From: Vicinamibacterales bacterium
GTDB taxonomy: Bacteria > Acidobacteriota > Vicinamibacteria > Vicinamibacterales > 2-12-FULL-66-21
DNA length: 64,000 nt
Direction: 5' to 3'
Assembly (NCBI GenBank): GCA_035495555.1
Contig: DATJFQ010000098.1
Location: 12,325-76,324, forward strand
The translations under genes were made by a program, and so were the position numbers. Position 1 is the stretch's first letter. Every line of letters starts with the position of its first letter. Positions 63,256 through 64,000 of the stretch are shown piece after piece. The notes under the pieces were generated by a model. It searched no databases and was not told the origin of the DNA. It saw only the letters and a program-made list of their open reading frames with translations.

Positions 63256-64000
63256 ATGCACACACGCGACATCTCCGTTGGCGGCCGCACGATCTCGATC
63301 GAGACCGGACGGCTCGCCAAACAGGCTGACGGGTCCGTCCTGGTTCGTTCCGGCGACACGATCGTGCTCGTCACCGCCTGCGCGGCATCGAATCCGCGCG
63401 AAGGCATCGATTTCCTGCCGTTGACCGTCGACTACCGCGAATACACATACGCATCCGGCCGCATTCCCGGCGGGTTCTTCAAACGCGAAGGCAAACCCAG
63501 CGAGAAGGAAGTGCTCACGAGCCGGCTGATCGATCGGCCCATCCGGCCGCTCTTTGCGCAGGGGTGGCGGCATGAAACGCAGATCATCGCGCTCTTGATC
63601 TCGGCGGATGCGGAGAACGACTCGGACGTGCTCGCAATCACCGGCGCGTCTGCCGCGCTCGCGCTCTCGAGCATTCCCTTCACGCGCACGATTGCGGGCG
63701 TCCGGATCGGGCACGTGAACGGCGAGTTCGTCATCAACCCCACGTTCGAGGAGCGGCGCAACAGCCGCCTCGATCTCATCGTCGCGGGCACGAAGGACGC
63801 GATTGTGATGGTGGAGGCCGGCGCCAAAGAGGTCTCCGAAGAGGAGATGGTCGAAGCCCTCGAGCGCGCGCACGCCGCGATTAGGGAGATCGTCGCCGGC
63901 ATCGACGCCCTCGCGAAAGAGGCCGGAAAGACGAAGACCCAGGTCTCGGTCAAGGAAATCAGCAAGGAGTTCTACCGCGAGGTCGAAGAGAAGGCTTACG
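63256..64000 (+). CDS. pnp: polyribonucleotide nucleotidyltransferase (PNPase), 3' end beyond the window; absent from the ORF track
   Basis: My own translation from ATG 63256: [41 protein letters not shown]...[47 protein letters not shown]... The frame stays open to position 64000. Confidence 0.95.
   Translation, partial: MHTRDISVGGRTISIETGRLAKQADGSVLVRSGDTIVLVTACAASNPREGIDFLPLTVDYREYTYASGRIPGGFFKREGKPSEKEVLTSRLIDRPIRPLFAQGWRHETQIIALLISADAENDSDVLAITGASAALALSSIPFTRTIAGVRIGHVNGEFVINPTFEERRNSRLDLIVAGTKDAIVMVEAGAKEVSEEEMVEALERAHAAIREIVAGIDALAKEAGKTKTQVSVKEISKEFYREVEEKAY

Overview
GC-rich bacterial chromosomal segment (roughly two-thirds G+C by eye, not computed). It is most likely Acidobacteriota: it has an ADOP-type duplicated FtsX permease, a 'VWFA-related acidobacterial' protein and a peptidase-heavy secretome. 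I call about 48 tightly packed protein genes, many with ATGA/GTGA start-stop overlaps.

Left two thirds:
- Nucleotide metabolism: udk (5' partial), dut, and a DNPH1/Rcl-like N-hydrolase.
- Transport: an RND pump with its adaptor, an ADOP permease, and an AttEFGH-like ABC system.
- Peptidases: S9, DmpA/P1, M48, M14, Ntn-asparaginase, M24 and HtrA.
- Others: two VPS10/BNR paralogs, a GH27 alpha-galactosidase and GlgP.

Right third: asnS-rimO, then the conserved rimP-nusA-infB-rbfA-nrnA-truB-rpsO-pnp cluster. pnp runs off the window and is missing from the ORF track.

I found no rRNA, tRNA, CRISPR, transposase, integrase or recognisable defence genes.

The most unusual signal is not a gene. About 20 short arrays of 7-nt tandem repeats fall into several sequence families: TTGGGAR/YTCCCAA, CGATGTT/CATCGNN, TAGTTGG/CCAACTA, TGCAGAT/ATCTGCA and GCACNNN. 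They are often arranged as inverted arms forming 80-150 nt hairpins at gene boundaries. Three copies lie in-frame inside coding genes (truB, rimO and a DmpA-like peptidase).

All calls come from reading the sequence and remembered family motifs. Repeat boundaries are good to about +/-3 nt, and several start codons are uncertain.
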